A stretch of DNA of 64,000 nt from assembly GCA_050302075.1 (NCBI GenBank), contig JBNLAH010000003.1, positions 96,001-160,000 of the forward strand, written 5' to 3'. The stretch's first letter is position 1; each line of letters begins with the position of its first letter. Shown here one piece after another: positions 39,645-49,795 of the stretch. The notes below the pieces were generated by a model. The model searched no databases. It saw only the letters and a list, made by a program, of their open reading frames with translations, and had not been told where the DNA came from. The position numbers and the translations under genes are program-made. Origin of the DNA: Parachlamydiales bacterium. Its GTDB lineage: Bacteria > Chlamydiota > Chlamydiia > Chlamydiales > SM23-39.

Positions 39645-42146
39645 ATGACGAAATCACTGGTAATTGTCGAGTCACCAACTAAAATAAAGACCTTAAAAAA
39701 ATTTTTAGGGAAGGATTTTTCTTTTGAGTCTTCACTAGGTCATATCCGTGACCTTCCTGCAAAAGATTTTGGAATCGACTTAGAACATGACTTTGAACCT
39801 ACTTATGTCACATTATCTGACAAAAAAGAAGTTATCAAAAAATTAAAAACAGCGGCAAAGAAGGTAGATGTTGTTTATCTATCTCCTGACCCCGACCGAG
39901 AGGGAGAAGCAATTGCCTGGCATATCGCCTCTATCCTCCCCAAAGGGACCAACATAAAAAGAATGACTTTCAACTCCATTACAAAAAAAGAAGTGATGGA
40001 AGCTTTAAAAAAAACAAAAGAAATCGATCTTGCATTAGTTAATGCTCAGCAAGCTAGAAGACTTTTAGATAGAATGGTTGGATATAAGATATCTCCAATC
40101 TTAACAAGAAGAGTTAAAAGAGGTAAAAATGGAACCTCAGCTGGAAGAGTCCAATCAGTTGCCCTAAAATTAGTAGTTGACAGAGAGAAAGAGATTGAGG
40201 CCTTTAAACCCATTGAGTACTGGAATATCATTGCAACTTTGACCTTAAATCATAATGGCACCTCATTTGATGCTACTGTAGTGACTGTTGATGGAAAAAA
40301 AGTCGAGAAAGAAGACACAGGCCAAAAAAATATCTTCCTAATCTCCAATGAAAAAATAGCCAACCAAATTTCTAAAAGATTAGAGAACGGCGATTTTGAA
40401 ATTGAAAAAATAGACCGCAAAGAGAAAAAAAGAAACCCCGTACCACCTTTTATCACTTCCACTCTTCAACAAGAAGCTTCTAGACACCACGGATTTGCTG
40501 TTTCAAGAACTATGGGCATAGCACAAAGCCTATATGAAGGTATTGACATGGGAAAAGAAGGGACTGAAGGTTTGATTACATATATGAGAACCGACTCTGT
40601 TCAAGTTGCCATGGAGGCAGTTTACGAAGCTAGAGATTTTGTCGAAAAAACTTATGGAAAAGAATTCTTACCTGAAAAACCAAAGCAATACAGTAGCAAA
40701 AAATCTGCTCAAGAAGCTCATGAAGCCATAAGACCTACAAATATGCAACACCCACCTGAGCTTATTAAAAAGTTTTTAACTGACGATCAGTTCAAACTAT
40801 ACTCTTTAATTTGGAAACGCTTTGTAGCGTCGCAGATGAACCCTGCTGTATATGATACTGTATCTGTTAATATTACATGTGACCACCTAGAGTTAAGAGC
40901 TACCGGGTCAATTTTAAAATTCCAAGGCTTTTTAGCAGCTTACACTGAGAAATTTGATAAAGGCGACTCTGAAAAGCTATTTGATGAAACTCCTCTTCCA
41001 AACATTAAAGAAGGAGATAAACTCTCGCTTGAAGAGATTAAGAAAATTCAATCATTCACAAAACCACCTCCAAGATTTACTGAAGCATCCCTTGTAAAAG
41101 AACTTGAAAAATCAGGGATAGGCAGGCCTTCTACTTATGCGACAATTATGAATAAAATCCAAAGTAGAGAGTATACAACTAAAGAAAATCAAGCGCTTAG
41201 ACCTACTGAATTGGGAAGAGTTATCGAACAAATGCTTGAAGATAACTTTCCAACTATTATGGATGTCGGGTTTACCGCCTCAATGGAAGATGAACTTGAG
41301 AAAATCGCTGAAAATAAAAGTGACTGGAAAGAGCTCTTAAGAAAGTTTTGGGCTGATTTCTATCCAATGGTTGAAAAGGCAGAAAAAGAAGCTGTCGTTC
41401 CAAAAGTGATGACTGATCTTGATTGCCCTAAATGTGGACATAAGCTTCAAAAAATATGGTCTAGAAATAAATATTTTTATGGCTGTAGCAATTATCCCGA
41501 CTGCGATTACACAGCTCCTGTCGAGTCGCTATCCTTCAATAAAGAAGATTATGCAGAAGATTTTGACTGGGATCAAAAATGCCCTATCTGTTCATCTGAA
41601 ATGCAACTTAGACATGGAAAATTTGGCCCATTTTTAGGCTGTACCAAGTACCCAGATTGCTCAGGAATAGTTAATATTCCTAAAAAAGGAGAAAAAGTAG
41701 AAAGCCCAAAAGATATGCCCAGCTGTCCTGCTATAGGATGCGATGGCAAAATAATTTCCAGGAAATCAAGATTTGGGAAAACCTTTTATTCCTGCTCAAA
41801 TTTCCCTGATTGTGACGTTATTGTAAACGACTTGAACGACCTGCCAAAAAAATATAAGGACCACCCTAAAACTGCTTATCAAAAGCCTAAAAAAGGTGCT
41901 AAAAGAGGTGGCATCAATCGAAAACTAACTTTAAGCAAAGAACTATCCGCTGTAGTAAATGAAAAGGAACTGACAAGAGGTGAAGTAATCAAAAAACTTT
42001 GGGTGTACATCAAAGAAAAAAATCTACAAGACCCAGCTAATAAAAGATTGATAGTTCCAGATGAAAAATTAGCTAAGGTATTTGGTTCAAAAGAACCAAT
42101 TGATATGATGAAACTTTCAGGAATCATTAAAAATCACTTAAAATAA
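39645..42146 (+). CDS. topA: DNA topoisomerase I with zinc fingers and C-terminal SWIB domain
   Basis: IVESP.K, DPDREGE, SAGRVQ, ITYMRTDS, GIGRPSTYA, three C4 fingers, and LW.YIK..NLQDP.NKR.I.PD.KL SWIB tail. Confidence 0.97.
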   Translation: MTKSLVIVESPTKIKTLKKFLGKDFSFESSLGHIRDLPAKDFGIDLEHDFEPTYVTLSDKKEVIKKLKTAAKKVDVVYLSPDPDREGEAIAWHIASILPKGTNIKRMTFNSITKKEVMEALKKTKEIDLALVNAQQARRLLDRMVGYKISPILTRRVKRGKNGTSAGRVQSVALKLVVDREKEIEAFKPIEYWNIIATLTLNHNGTSFDATVVTVDGKKVEKEDTGQKNIFLISNEKIANQISKRLENGDFEIEKIDRKEKKRNPVPPFITSTLQQEASRHHGFAVSRTMGIAQSLYEGIDMGKEGTEGLITYMRTDSVQVAMEAVYEARDFVEKTYGKEFLPEKPKQYSSKKSAQEAHEAIRPTNMQHPPELIKKFLTDDQFKLYSLIWKRFVASQMNPAVYDTVSVNITCDHLELRATGSILKFQGFLAAYTEKFDKGDSEKLFDETPLPNIKEGDKLSLEEIKKIQSFTKPPPRFTEASLVKELEKSGIGRPSTYATIMNKIQSREYTTKENQALRPTELGRVIEQMLEDNFPTIMDVGFTASMEDELEKIAENKSDWKELLRKFWADFYPMVEKAEKEAVVPKVMTDLDCPKCGHKLQKIWSRNKYFYGCSNYPDCDYTAPVESLSFNKEDYAEDFDWDQKCPICSSEMQLRHGKFGPFLGCTKYPDCSGIVNIPKKGEKVESPKDMPSCPAIGCDGKIISRKSRFGKTFYSCSNFPDCDVIVNDLNDLPKKYKDHPKTAYQKPKKGAKRGGINRKLTLSKELSAVVNEKELTRGEVIKKLWVYIKEKNLQDPANKRLIVPDEKLAKVFGSKEPIDMMKLSGIIKNHLK

Positions 42147-42147
42147 A

Positions 42148-43359
42148 TTGGCTTACTTTAGAATAAAAAAATATTTTTACACTTCAGAGCTGATCAGATT
42201 TTTTTTCATATCACTTTCTTTTTTTTTGCTAATATTTCCAAAGGGCGGCATTAAAGTAGCTTCTATCCCAATAACATGGGGATATCTTTTACTTGGTACA
42301 ACTGCTTTTTTCTTGACCTTTAGAAGAACCATAAAAGTCCAAAAAAATCATTTATTTGTACTGATGGCACTCATTCCATTTCAAATAATCAGTGTACTTC
42401 ACTTTATAATCAACGGAATCGAGAGCATTGGATTTACAATCTCTTTTATAATCAGTTTTTACTTGTTACCAGTAATCTTTTTCATGATTTTCTCTGAATA
42501 CATCAAAAGGATCCCCACAGATTTAATATTAAAGATCATTAGAAACGGAGTTCTTTTCTTAGCGATGTATGGGATATTTTTATTTTCCTTTAAAGCCATT
42601 ACAGGGAAGTTTATTGGAATACCATTATTAACAACTAATCTTGGTGACTCATTTAGTATGTCGGACAAATGTATAGATAGAGGCGGCATTTTTAAACTAA
42701 TCTCAACTTATAATAATGGAAATATCTTTGGAGTTTGCATGTTGATGATCCTGCCTTTTTATCAGTATGCAGAAAGAAGTGGTATAAGAAGATTGATTGT
42801 AAAGCTCGCTTTACTTTTGACTTTATCTAGAACAGTCTGGATAGGAATGATTATCCATGAAGTCTTTGATGCTTTAATGTTTTCTAATAATCGTACCACT
42901 AAAAATATAAAGCTATTGGCTTTCTTTCTGGTATTTGGTTTTTTATCAGTTTTTATCGCAAAGAAAATCAATTTAAACTCCTCATTTTTTTTAGATCTTT
43001 CATTAGGGAATAGGGTCAAGCAGTTTAATGCCATTACCGAATCTGGGCTATTTGGAAATACAGCTTTTAGAAGTATTACTGAGATTACCTATATGAGTGT
43101 TCTTAAAAACTTTGGCTATATCGGTTTATTTGCTTTCTGCATTGCAATGTTCAGTCCATTTATAGCTAGGTTAAGGGTTGTAAATAAAATAAGCTCAACA
43201 ATAGCTGCAGGGCTTATAAATTACTTGGTTATAAGCCTTTCAGATGGAACAATCCTATTCATACCAACTTTGGCTTTATATTGGTTTTTTACCTCTTTAA
43301 TGGTTACAAAACAGGACTTTACAGAGGAATTTAGCTTTGAAGAGTTAAAGGCTGCTTAA
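42148..43359 (+). CDS. Polytopic membrane protein, O-antigen polymerase/ligase (Wzy/WaaL)-like
   Basis: ~11 TM segments, N.N..G and LTLSRT.W motifs, position at the head of a glycan locus. Confidence 0.6.
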   Translation: MAYFRIKKYFYTSELIRFFFISLSFFLLIFPKGGIKVASIPITWGYLLLGTTAFFLTFRRTIKVQKNHLFVLMALIPFQIISVLHFIINGIESIGFTISFIISFYLLPVIFFMIFSEYIKRIPTDLILKIIRNGVLFLAMYGIFLFSFKAITGKFIGIPLLTTNLGDSFSMSDKCIDRGGIFKLISTYNNGNIFGVCMLMILPFYQYAERSGIRRLIVKLALLLTLSRTVWIGMIIHEVFDALMFSNNRTTKNIKLLAFFLVFGFLSVFIAKKINLNSSFFLDLSLGNRVKQFNAITESGLFGNTAFRSITEITYMSVLKNFGYIGLFAFCIAMFSPFIARLRVVNKISSTIAAGLINYLVISLSDGTILFIPTLALYWFFTSLMVTKQDFTEEFSFEELKAA

Positions 43360-43554
43360 AAAGCCTGATTTATCTGCATGTTATCTGCACAATTCTTATA
43401 TAAACTTTGCAGATAAAAATCCGAGAAACTAATTACATAACAAAGCTTGCATAAGATAATCATTAAAGATCTTTGATAGTTCTCATAACTTTCTTTACAT
43501 TTTTTGTTGCCTTTCATAGTCTCTATAAAAAAATTAATATATAGTAGGTACAAC

Positions 43555-43710
43555 GTGGGATACATTGATCCTGGTAGTGGGGCGCTCATATGGCAATTTT
43601 TAACTGCAGCTTTTTTGGGCTCGTTATTTTTTATTAAAAAGTTTTTCGCTTTCTTAACACTCCGCAAGCTAAGAAAAAAAGATGAACAAAAACCAGACTC
43701 CTCAAAATAG
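43555..43710 (+). CDS. Small single-TM protein with YIDPGSG motif
   Basis: GTG start after AGGT; MGYIDPGSGALIWQFLTAAFLGSLFFIKKFF plus basic tail; overlaps the next gene. Confidence 0.7.
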   Translation: MGYIDPGSGALIWQFLTAAFLGSLFFIKKFFAFLTLRKLRKKDEQKPDSSK

Positions 43711-45073
43711 GTCCTTTCGTGATCCCAGTGGATACGTTGTTGTCGAAAAAGAAAATGTCACTCGTTTCTTACAGAAAAATGAGGGTGCAGCTCTTTTAAA
43801 CACTTGCTCTAACAGCTCAGTAGTAAAAAAATGGATTGAAAATGATAAACTTATATCATATTCAATTACTGAAGATAATCAATCAGATATTGTTTTAAGC
43901 CATCCAAAAATTGACTTTCCAAGTTACCCCTTTGAATGGTCAGCTTCAATGCTATATAGTGCTGGAGAACTTACGATAGATTTAGCACTGGAGCTTTTAG
44001 AAGAGAAAAAAGGACTAAAGGATGCAAGTGCCTACAATATTTTATATAAAGGTCATAATCCAGTTTTTATTGACCTTGCCTCAGTTGAAGAAAGAGATGA
44101 AAATAACCCCTACTGGCTCCCATACTCTCAATTTATTAGAATGTTTATTCTACCGCTTTACTTAAACAGATTTTACAATATAAGCATTAATTCGATGCTT
44201 TTCAATAGCCATGATGGACTGAGCTATAATGACTGCAAAAAAATTGTGAGGAGATACTCTCTTTTTGAAATTTCGCTAATTCACTTACCTAACTTCTTAT
44301 CCAAATACAAATCTAGTAAAATATACAAAAATCACGCCTTAAAAAATTCTGAACTAGCCCAGTTTATTGTTAGGCGCCTTTTAAATAAGGCAAAAAAACA
44401 GCTCAAAAAGGTAAGACCTAAGCATACAAGAAAATCTAACTGGTCTGCTTACCTTCATCAGCTAAACCATTATTCAACCAATGAGTTTGAAAAAAAATGC
44501 TCCTGGGTAAAAGAGCACGTGGCAAAAATAAAACCTGAAAAGGTGCTAGATGTAGGATGCAATACTGGACATTTTTCAGTGATTGCTGCTAAAGAAAATG
44601 CTCAAGTTATTTCAATTGACTATGATGAAACAGTAATTGACATGCTCTTTAGTTATGCAAAGGCTGAAAAACTCAATATATTGCCTCTAGTTGTAAATAT
44701 TGCAAGACCAACCCCATCTGTTGGCTGGAAAAACTCAGAATATTTCTCATTTCTACAAAGAGCATACAATCATTTTGATCTTGTTATGATGCTTGCAGTT
44801 ATTCACCATTTGCTTATTACTGATCGGATACCAATGGAAGAAATTGCGGATCTTGCCGCCAAATTAACCAACAATTATCTGATAATAGAGTTCATTGAGC
44901 AAAAAGACCCAATGTTTTCGGTTCTTACAAGAGGAAGGGATAATCTTTATAATCATATTACTTTAGATTTTTTCAAAAAAACATTCTCTAAAGACTTTGA
45001 ATTCGTAGATGAAACAAATAATTCATATCACCCAACAAGAAAGCTTTTACTCCTAAAGAAAAAAAGCTCATGA
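43682..45073 (+). CDS. NoeA-like protein: kinase-like N-terminal half plus class I SAM methyltransferase
   Basis: SFRDPSG, SYP.EW, LKDASAYNI, FIDLAS; VLDVGCNTG.FS, LAVIHHL, IEF...DPM. Confidence 0.75.
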   Translation: MNKNQTPQNRSFRDPSGYVVVEKENVTRFLQKNEGAALLNTCSNSSVVKKWIENDKLISYSITEDNQSDIVLSHPKIDFPSYPFEWSASMLYSAGELTIDLALELLEEKKGLKDASAYNILYKGHNPVFIDLASVEERDENNPYWLPYSQFIRMFILPLYLNRFYNISINSMLFNSHDGLSYNDCKKIVRRYSLFEISLIHLPNFLSKYKSSKIYKNHALKNSELAQFIVRRLLNKAKKQLKKVRPKHTRKSNWSAYLHQLNHYSTNEFEKKCSWVKEHVAKIKPEKVLDVGCNTGHFSVIAAKENAQVISIDYDETVIDMLFSYAKAEKLNILPLVVNIARPTPSVGWKNSEYFSFLQRAYNHFDLVMMLAVIHHLLITDRIPMEEIADLAAKLTNNYLIIEFIEQKDPMFSVLTRGRDNLYNHITLDFFKKTFSKDFEFVDETNNSYHPTRKLLLLKKKSS

Positions 45074-46602
45074 ACTTTAAAAACCTCGCTATAGCATTTT
45101 CATTTTCACATTTAATGCTCTGCTTTTTTTTTATATTGCCGAACGGGAACGGGTATATGTTTCCAACCGCCGAATGTAGCGAACAGATAGTATCTTTTTT
45201 ACTTTTTCTTACAATTTTAACAGCCCTATTTTATAAATTACTATTCTCTACTAGTAACGCTTTATACGCAGTTTATATCCTTTTTACCTATATCATCTTT
45301 AGAGGTGTCAAAGCGATGTTCCGCTTTCAGTTCGGCGCCAACTTAAAGTCTATTACCTTTTTAATTAGCATCAGCATTTTATCAATTCTGTTTTCCTATT
45401 TTTACTTGAAAGATCGAAGAAAAATATCACAAATAACCAAAAACATTATCTTATTTTTTGCACCTTTTGGCCTCTTAACAGTCTTTAAATTGTCAACTGA
45501 CTTAATCGAGCTTAAAAAAAATGTTTCTCTAAAACAATACCAGGCAAATAACGAAAATAATAAGATATTTTGGATAATTTTTGATGAACTAGACCAATAT
45601 CTTATATTCGAAAACCCAAATAGACCGTTTTTTAGCGAACTTGAAAAATTAAAAAATGAGTCAATCTATGCTAGCAAAGCTATACAGCCAGGAAGCTGCA
45701 CAAACATATCTCTACCAGCTTTTACAACTGGGCTCACCATAAACGATGTTGTCCTTAACGGGGCCTCCCACTTAAAACTATTATTAAAAAATGGCTCTAC
45801 GACCGACTGGAGAAAAACCCCGAATATTTTTCAAAAAGCATCAGCTTTAGGATATAACTCTTCACTAATAGGTTGGTACCATCCATATGATCGAATTTTT
45901 TCATCTGATGTTGCTTATATAGCTCTAGAAGATTCTTTTTTTGAGAAGAAAAAACTAAATAAATTTAGATCAGTCTCTATAACTTTCATCAACCAAATCT
46001 TTTCTTTTTTTCACTACAACTTTGATAAATTATTCCAAATTTCCTTAAAGAAATCTCTCATTCCCAAAGAGGCTATCAAGATAAAAAGTGATATAAGAAA
46101 TGAACAGTGGTATGGCTCTTTACTAACAAAAATGGAAGAAGTTATTGATAATGACAAACTCAACTTCAATTTCTTTCATCTACCAATACCTCATTATCCA
46201 ACTTGCTATAACTCCAAAACAAATAAAATAGCAAACGCTAGCCCAAATTATTATGAGAACGTTTATTTGGTTGATAAAACCCTCTCTTGGCTTCGAGAAA
46301 AGCTCTCTCAAAAAAACCTATGGGAAAGCTCTATAATTATTGTCACTTCTGATCACTGGCTTAGAACAGAAAAAGGCTTCGTAGATCAATATGTAAAAGA
46401 AGAATCTGAAGAATTTAAAGCATCAATGGATAAAAGAAAGGCCCCCTATGTGCCTATACTAATCAAAATGCCCAACCAAAGTTCTAACAAAGAAATAAAC
46501 AAAGAAATAAACAGCTTGATTATCCACGATTTGGTGTTAGATATTATGAAAAAGAAAATCAAAACATCAGACGATGTCCTAAAAACAATCAATGATTCTT
46601 AA
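45070..46602 (+). CDS. Membrane-anchored sulfatase/alkaline-phosphatase superfamily protein (LtaS/EptA/NoeB-like)
   Basis: ~5 N-terminal TMs, IIFDELD, T..SLP, FFHLPIPH.P, IIVTSDH. Confidence 0.75.
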   Translation: MNFKNLAIAFSFSHLMLCFFFILPNGNGYMFPTAECSEQIVSFLLFLTILTALFYKLLFSTSNALYAVYILFTYIIFRGVKAMFRFQFGANLKSITFLISISILSILFSYFYLKDRRKISQITKNIILFFAPFGLLTVFKLSTDLIELKKNVSLKQYQANNENNKIFWIIFDELDQYLIFENPNRPFFSELEKLKNESIYASKAIQPGSCTNISLPAFTTGLTINDVVLNGASHLKLLLKNGSTTDWRKTPNIFQKASALGYNSSLIGWYHPYDRIFSSDVAYIALEDSFFEKKKLNKFRSVSITFINQIFSFFHYNFDKLFQISLKKSLIPKEAIKIKSDIRNEQWYGSLLTKMEEVIDNDKLNFNFFHLPIPHYPTCYNSKTNKIANASPNYYENVYLVDKTLSWLREKLSQKNLWESSIIIVTSDHWLRTEKGFVDQYVKEESEEFKASMDKRKAPYVPILIKMPNQSSNKEINKEINSLIIHDLVLDIMKKKIKTSDDVLKTINDS

Positions 46603-47608
46603 TGCGAATGAGATCAAGTAGACGCTTTAGATCTTGAGACTTCCCTTTTTTTGCTAAAAAGATAGTATCATCTGTTTCTATGCATATAATGTTATCTATT
46701 CCCATTGTCGACACTAGCTTCTTTTGTCCTATTATCAGGCTATTTTTAGTATCTAAATCAACTATATTGCCAACTTTAACATTCTGGTTGTTATCCTTGT
46801 CTAAAATATCATACAAACTGTCCCAAGACCCAATGTCTGACCAGGCAACATCCAGTGATACGCAAAATGAGTTATTAACTTTTTCCATGATTGCGTGATC
46901 AAATGATATACTTTCAGCGTTTGAAAAATTTCTCAAACAGTTTTCATAACTTTGATCGAATATCTCATAAAGATCTTTGTTATACTCTCTTACAGCATCT
47001 TTTAATATTTTGCTGTTGAATAAGAACATTCCTGAGTTCCAAAAATAATCCTCTTTATTATAAATGGTCTTAGCCACTTTCTTAGGAGGTTTCTCAATAA
47101 ATTGAACAATCGGTTTGACTAAGCCACTTGTGTTTTTAACTTGTATATAGCCATATCCAGTCTCAGCCCTTTTTGGTCTAATACCAAATGTTGTGATTCC
47201 ATCTAATTCCTTAGAAACGGCTTTTAAGACTTCAAAAAACTCCTCAATGGGTTCTATAACATGATCTGAGGGAAGAATTAAAATAGGCTCGTCAGGGCTT
47301 GTTCTGAGGACTTCTTCAAGATATTTGGCAGAAAGCATAATCGCTGGACCAGTATTTCTTGGAGTAGGCTCATACAAAAACGATAAGGGCTTTTTGCTAA
47401 CCGGCTTCTTTTCTTCTAAAAGCTCTTTATAATGAATACTTGTAGAAATTAAAATATGGTCGACAATATCTAGGTAATCAAACCTTTCAATTGTCTTTTG
47501 GAGTAATGATTTTTGATCAAGTAAGTTCAAAAATTGCTTAGGACAATCTTGGTTTGAAATAGGCCAGAGTCTTTTTCCTACACCACCTGCTAAAATAACT
47601 GCTTTCAT
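46589..47608 (-). CDS. manC: Mannose-1-phosphate guanylyltransferase
   Basis: LAGG.G.RLWP.S....PKQF, EP..RNT.PA, PSDH, ETGYGYI, F.EKP, WNSGMF, WSD.GSW. Confidence 0.93.
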   Translation of the reverse strand: MKAVILAGGVGKRLWPISNQDCPKQFLNLLDQKSLLQKTIERFDYLDIVDHILISTSIHYKELLEEKKPVSKKPLSFLYEPTPRNTGPAIMLSAKYLEEVLRTSPDEPILILPSDHVIEPIEEFFEVLKAVSKELDGITTFGIRPKRAETGYGYIQVKNTSGLVKPIVQFIEKPPKKVAKTIYNKEDYFWNSGMFLFNSKILKDAVREYNKDLYEIFDQSYENCLRNFSNAESISFDHAIMEKVNNSFCVSLDVAWSDIGSWDSLYDILDKDNNQNVKVGNIVDLDTKNSLIIGQKKLVSTMGIDNIICIETDDTIFLAKKGKSQDLKRLLDLIRIKNH

Positions 47609-48723
47609 TGCGCCCTTTGGAATTCAAAATATTTTTCGTAAACGAATTGTTCCATTTCTTTTTTAAAATAATCAATATCAAACTTCTCTGCATGCCCTCT
47701 TATTTTTTCTAAATTGAAATTACTATACTTTCTTTCGAAATCCTCTATGGCGTTTAATAAAGACTCAGGTGTTTGTTCATCAAAAAAAATTCCGGTCTTT
47801 TGATCTACGACAGTTTCTAAAGCTCCTCCTTTACGATAAGCTATAACAGGAGTTCCGCAACTTTGAGCTTCGACCGGCAATATTCCAAAATCCTCATAAG
47901 ATGCAAAAATGAAGGCCTTAGCTCTTTGAAGATAATTTCTTACTTCAAAGTCAGAAACAGCCCCCAATATTTCCACATTTTTGGTTGCCATTTTTTCAAT
48001 TAACTTTCTTTGAGGGCCATCTCCAATCACTATCAATCTGAGATCTTGCCGTCTTGAAAAAGCTTCAACTATCATGTCGATTTTTTTATACGGGACAAGC
48101 CTTGAAGCTGCTACATAATAATTTTCTTTCTTTGAATGGAATCCAAAATACTTGGTATCCACAGGAGGATAAATAACTTTTGAGCTTCTTCCATATGCTT
48201 TTTTAATCCTTCTAGCAATGCACTTTGAATTTGCAATGAACTCATCAACTCTGTTTACACTCGATACATCCCAAAGACGGATATAGTGTAAAAATAACTT
48301 CGCTAATTTTCCCTTAATTCCTTTTTGCAATTTTGAATCTGAAAGATATTGATGATATAAATCCCAAGCATATCTGATAGGCGTATTACAATAACATATA
48401 TGAAGCTGATCAGGATGCGTCATAATACCTTTTGCAACAGAGTGTGAAGAAGATAGAACAAGATCGTAATTTGATGTATCTAACTGTTCTATTGCAAGTG
48501 GAAAAAGAGGCAAGTAGTTCCTGTACTTTTTTTTAGAAAATGGAAGCTTTTGAATAAATGAACTTGTGATCTTGTAATTACTAAAAGCTGTCCCTTGAAG
48601 CATTTTTTCATCTTTCACTAAAGTAAAAATATCAGGATTGAAGATCTCACAAATGCTCTGGTTTAATTTCTCTGCTCCACCAATAGCGGAGACCATCCAA
48701 TCAATAACCAAAGCTGTTTTCAT
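47605..48723 (-). CDS. Glycosyltransferase family 4 (WbaZ-like mannosyltransferase)
   Basis: GGAE, HICYC.TP.RYAWD, SRLVPYK, EDFGI.PVEAQ.CGTPVIA. Confidence 0.88.
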   Translation of the reverse strand: MKTALVIDWMVSAIGGAEKLNQSICEIFNPDIFTLVKDEKMLQGTAFSNYKITSSFIQKLPFSKKKYRNYLPLFPLAIEQLDTSNYDLVLSSSHSVAKGIMTHPDQLHICYCNTPIRYAWDLYHQYLSDSKLQKGIKGKLAKLFLHYIRLWDVSSVNRVDEFIANSKCIARRIKKAYGRSSKVIYPPVDTKYFGFHSKKENYYVAASRLVPYKKIDMIVEAFSRRQDLRLIVIGDGPQRKLIEKMATKNVEILGAVSDFEVRNYLQRAKAFIFASYEDFGILPVEAQSCGTPVIAYRKGGALETVVDQKTGIFFDEQTPESLLNAIEDFERKYSNFNLEKIRGHAEKFDIDYFKKEMEQFVYEKYFEFQRAQ

Positions 48724-49795
48724 CTAAGTAATGCCTCAAATAGTTCAATGTGACTTCTGGCTGCTGTTTCCCAAGAAAATTTCTTAACTTGCTTAAACCC
48801 TTGATCAATTATTTTTTCTCTTAAATTTTGATCAAAAGCTATTCTACGCATTTGGGCTGCAAGTTCAAAGTAATTTTTTGAATCAAAATAAATAATTGCA
48901 TCCTCTCCCACTTCTGGGATACTTGCAGAAGTAGAACCAATAACAGGACAACCCATTGCCATACTCTCCAAAATTGGCAATCCAAAACCTTCATAAAGGG
49001 AAGGAAAAATAAAGGACCTTGCATTTTTGTAGAATAAAGGGAGTTCTTCATTCGTTATGTCACCTAAAAAGTGAATGTTTTTTCTAGACTTTACACTAGA
49101 TATTATTGAGTCAGAATTTATCAACCCCTTTGATTTCCCAATAATTACTAAATCAAAGTTGTCTTTAAGTAAGTCATAGGCATCTATCAATACCTTAAGG
49201 TTTTTATGAGGCTTTAAATTACCTACAAACAAAAAAAAAGGCTTTTTAATGTTATATTTCTGAAAAATATCTACATCTTCTGGCTTGCTCAGCTGAAAAC
49301 AATTGAAATTCACTGCGCAGTTTATAACATGGATCTTATCCGAAGAGACTCTTAAGTATCTTATAATTTCACTTTTCGAGAACTCAGAATCTGTAATAAT
49401 AACTTCAGATTTTTTAACTGCCTGCTTGTAAACAAGCTTTGCATAGGCTTTTTCCTTCCACTTTAAAGTATCAAAGAAAGCTAGATGAAAAACATCATGT
49501 ATTGTAACAATCCTTTTTTTTGCTCTTACTGGAAAGAGCGGAACATTAAAATGCGGTGACCAAAAAATGTCGTGCTTTATGACTTTCGAAAAAAAAACTG
49601 TTCTTTTATTGAGTAAATTGAATGATTTGATTCTATTAATGACTCTTGGGGTATCCAGGAAAAGCTTGAACTGTCTTCTGGAGCTATAATAATTTCAGGA
49701 GCATATTTTTCAACAATGAAGGGAAGGATGTTGCTTAAGTAAGTTCCTATCCCAGAACTTCTTATCATTCTTGCATCAATACAGATTTTTTTCAT
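48720..49795 (-). pseudogene. Glycosyltransferase family 4 split by a one-base frameshift at a T9 tract (49589-49597)
   Basis: 5' part [17 protein letters not shown]; adding one T continues in frame through WSPHFNVP, VTIHD, SEFSK into the 48720-49313 ORF (VGNLKPHKN, YEGFGLP.LE.M), giving 358 aa. Confidence 0.85.

Noticed and set aside
41900..42146. Eukaryote-like SWIB domain fused to TopA
   Set aside because: A known chlamydial feature; used only as a taxonomic clue.
43356..43667. 103-aa minus-strand ORF
   Set aside because: Overlaps the better-supported YIDPGSG gene and AT-rich spacer; no motifs.
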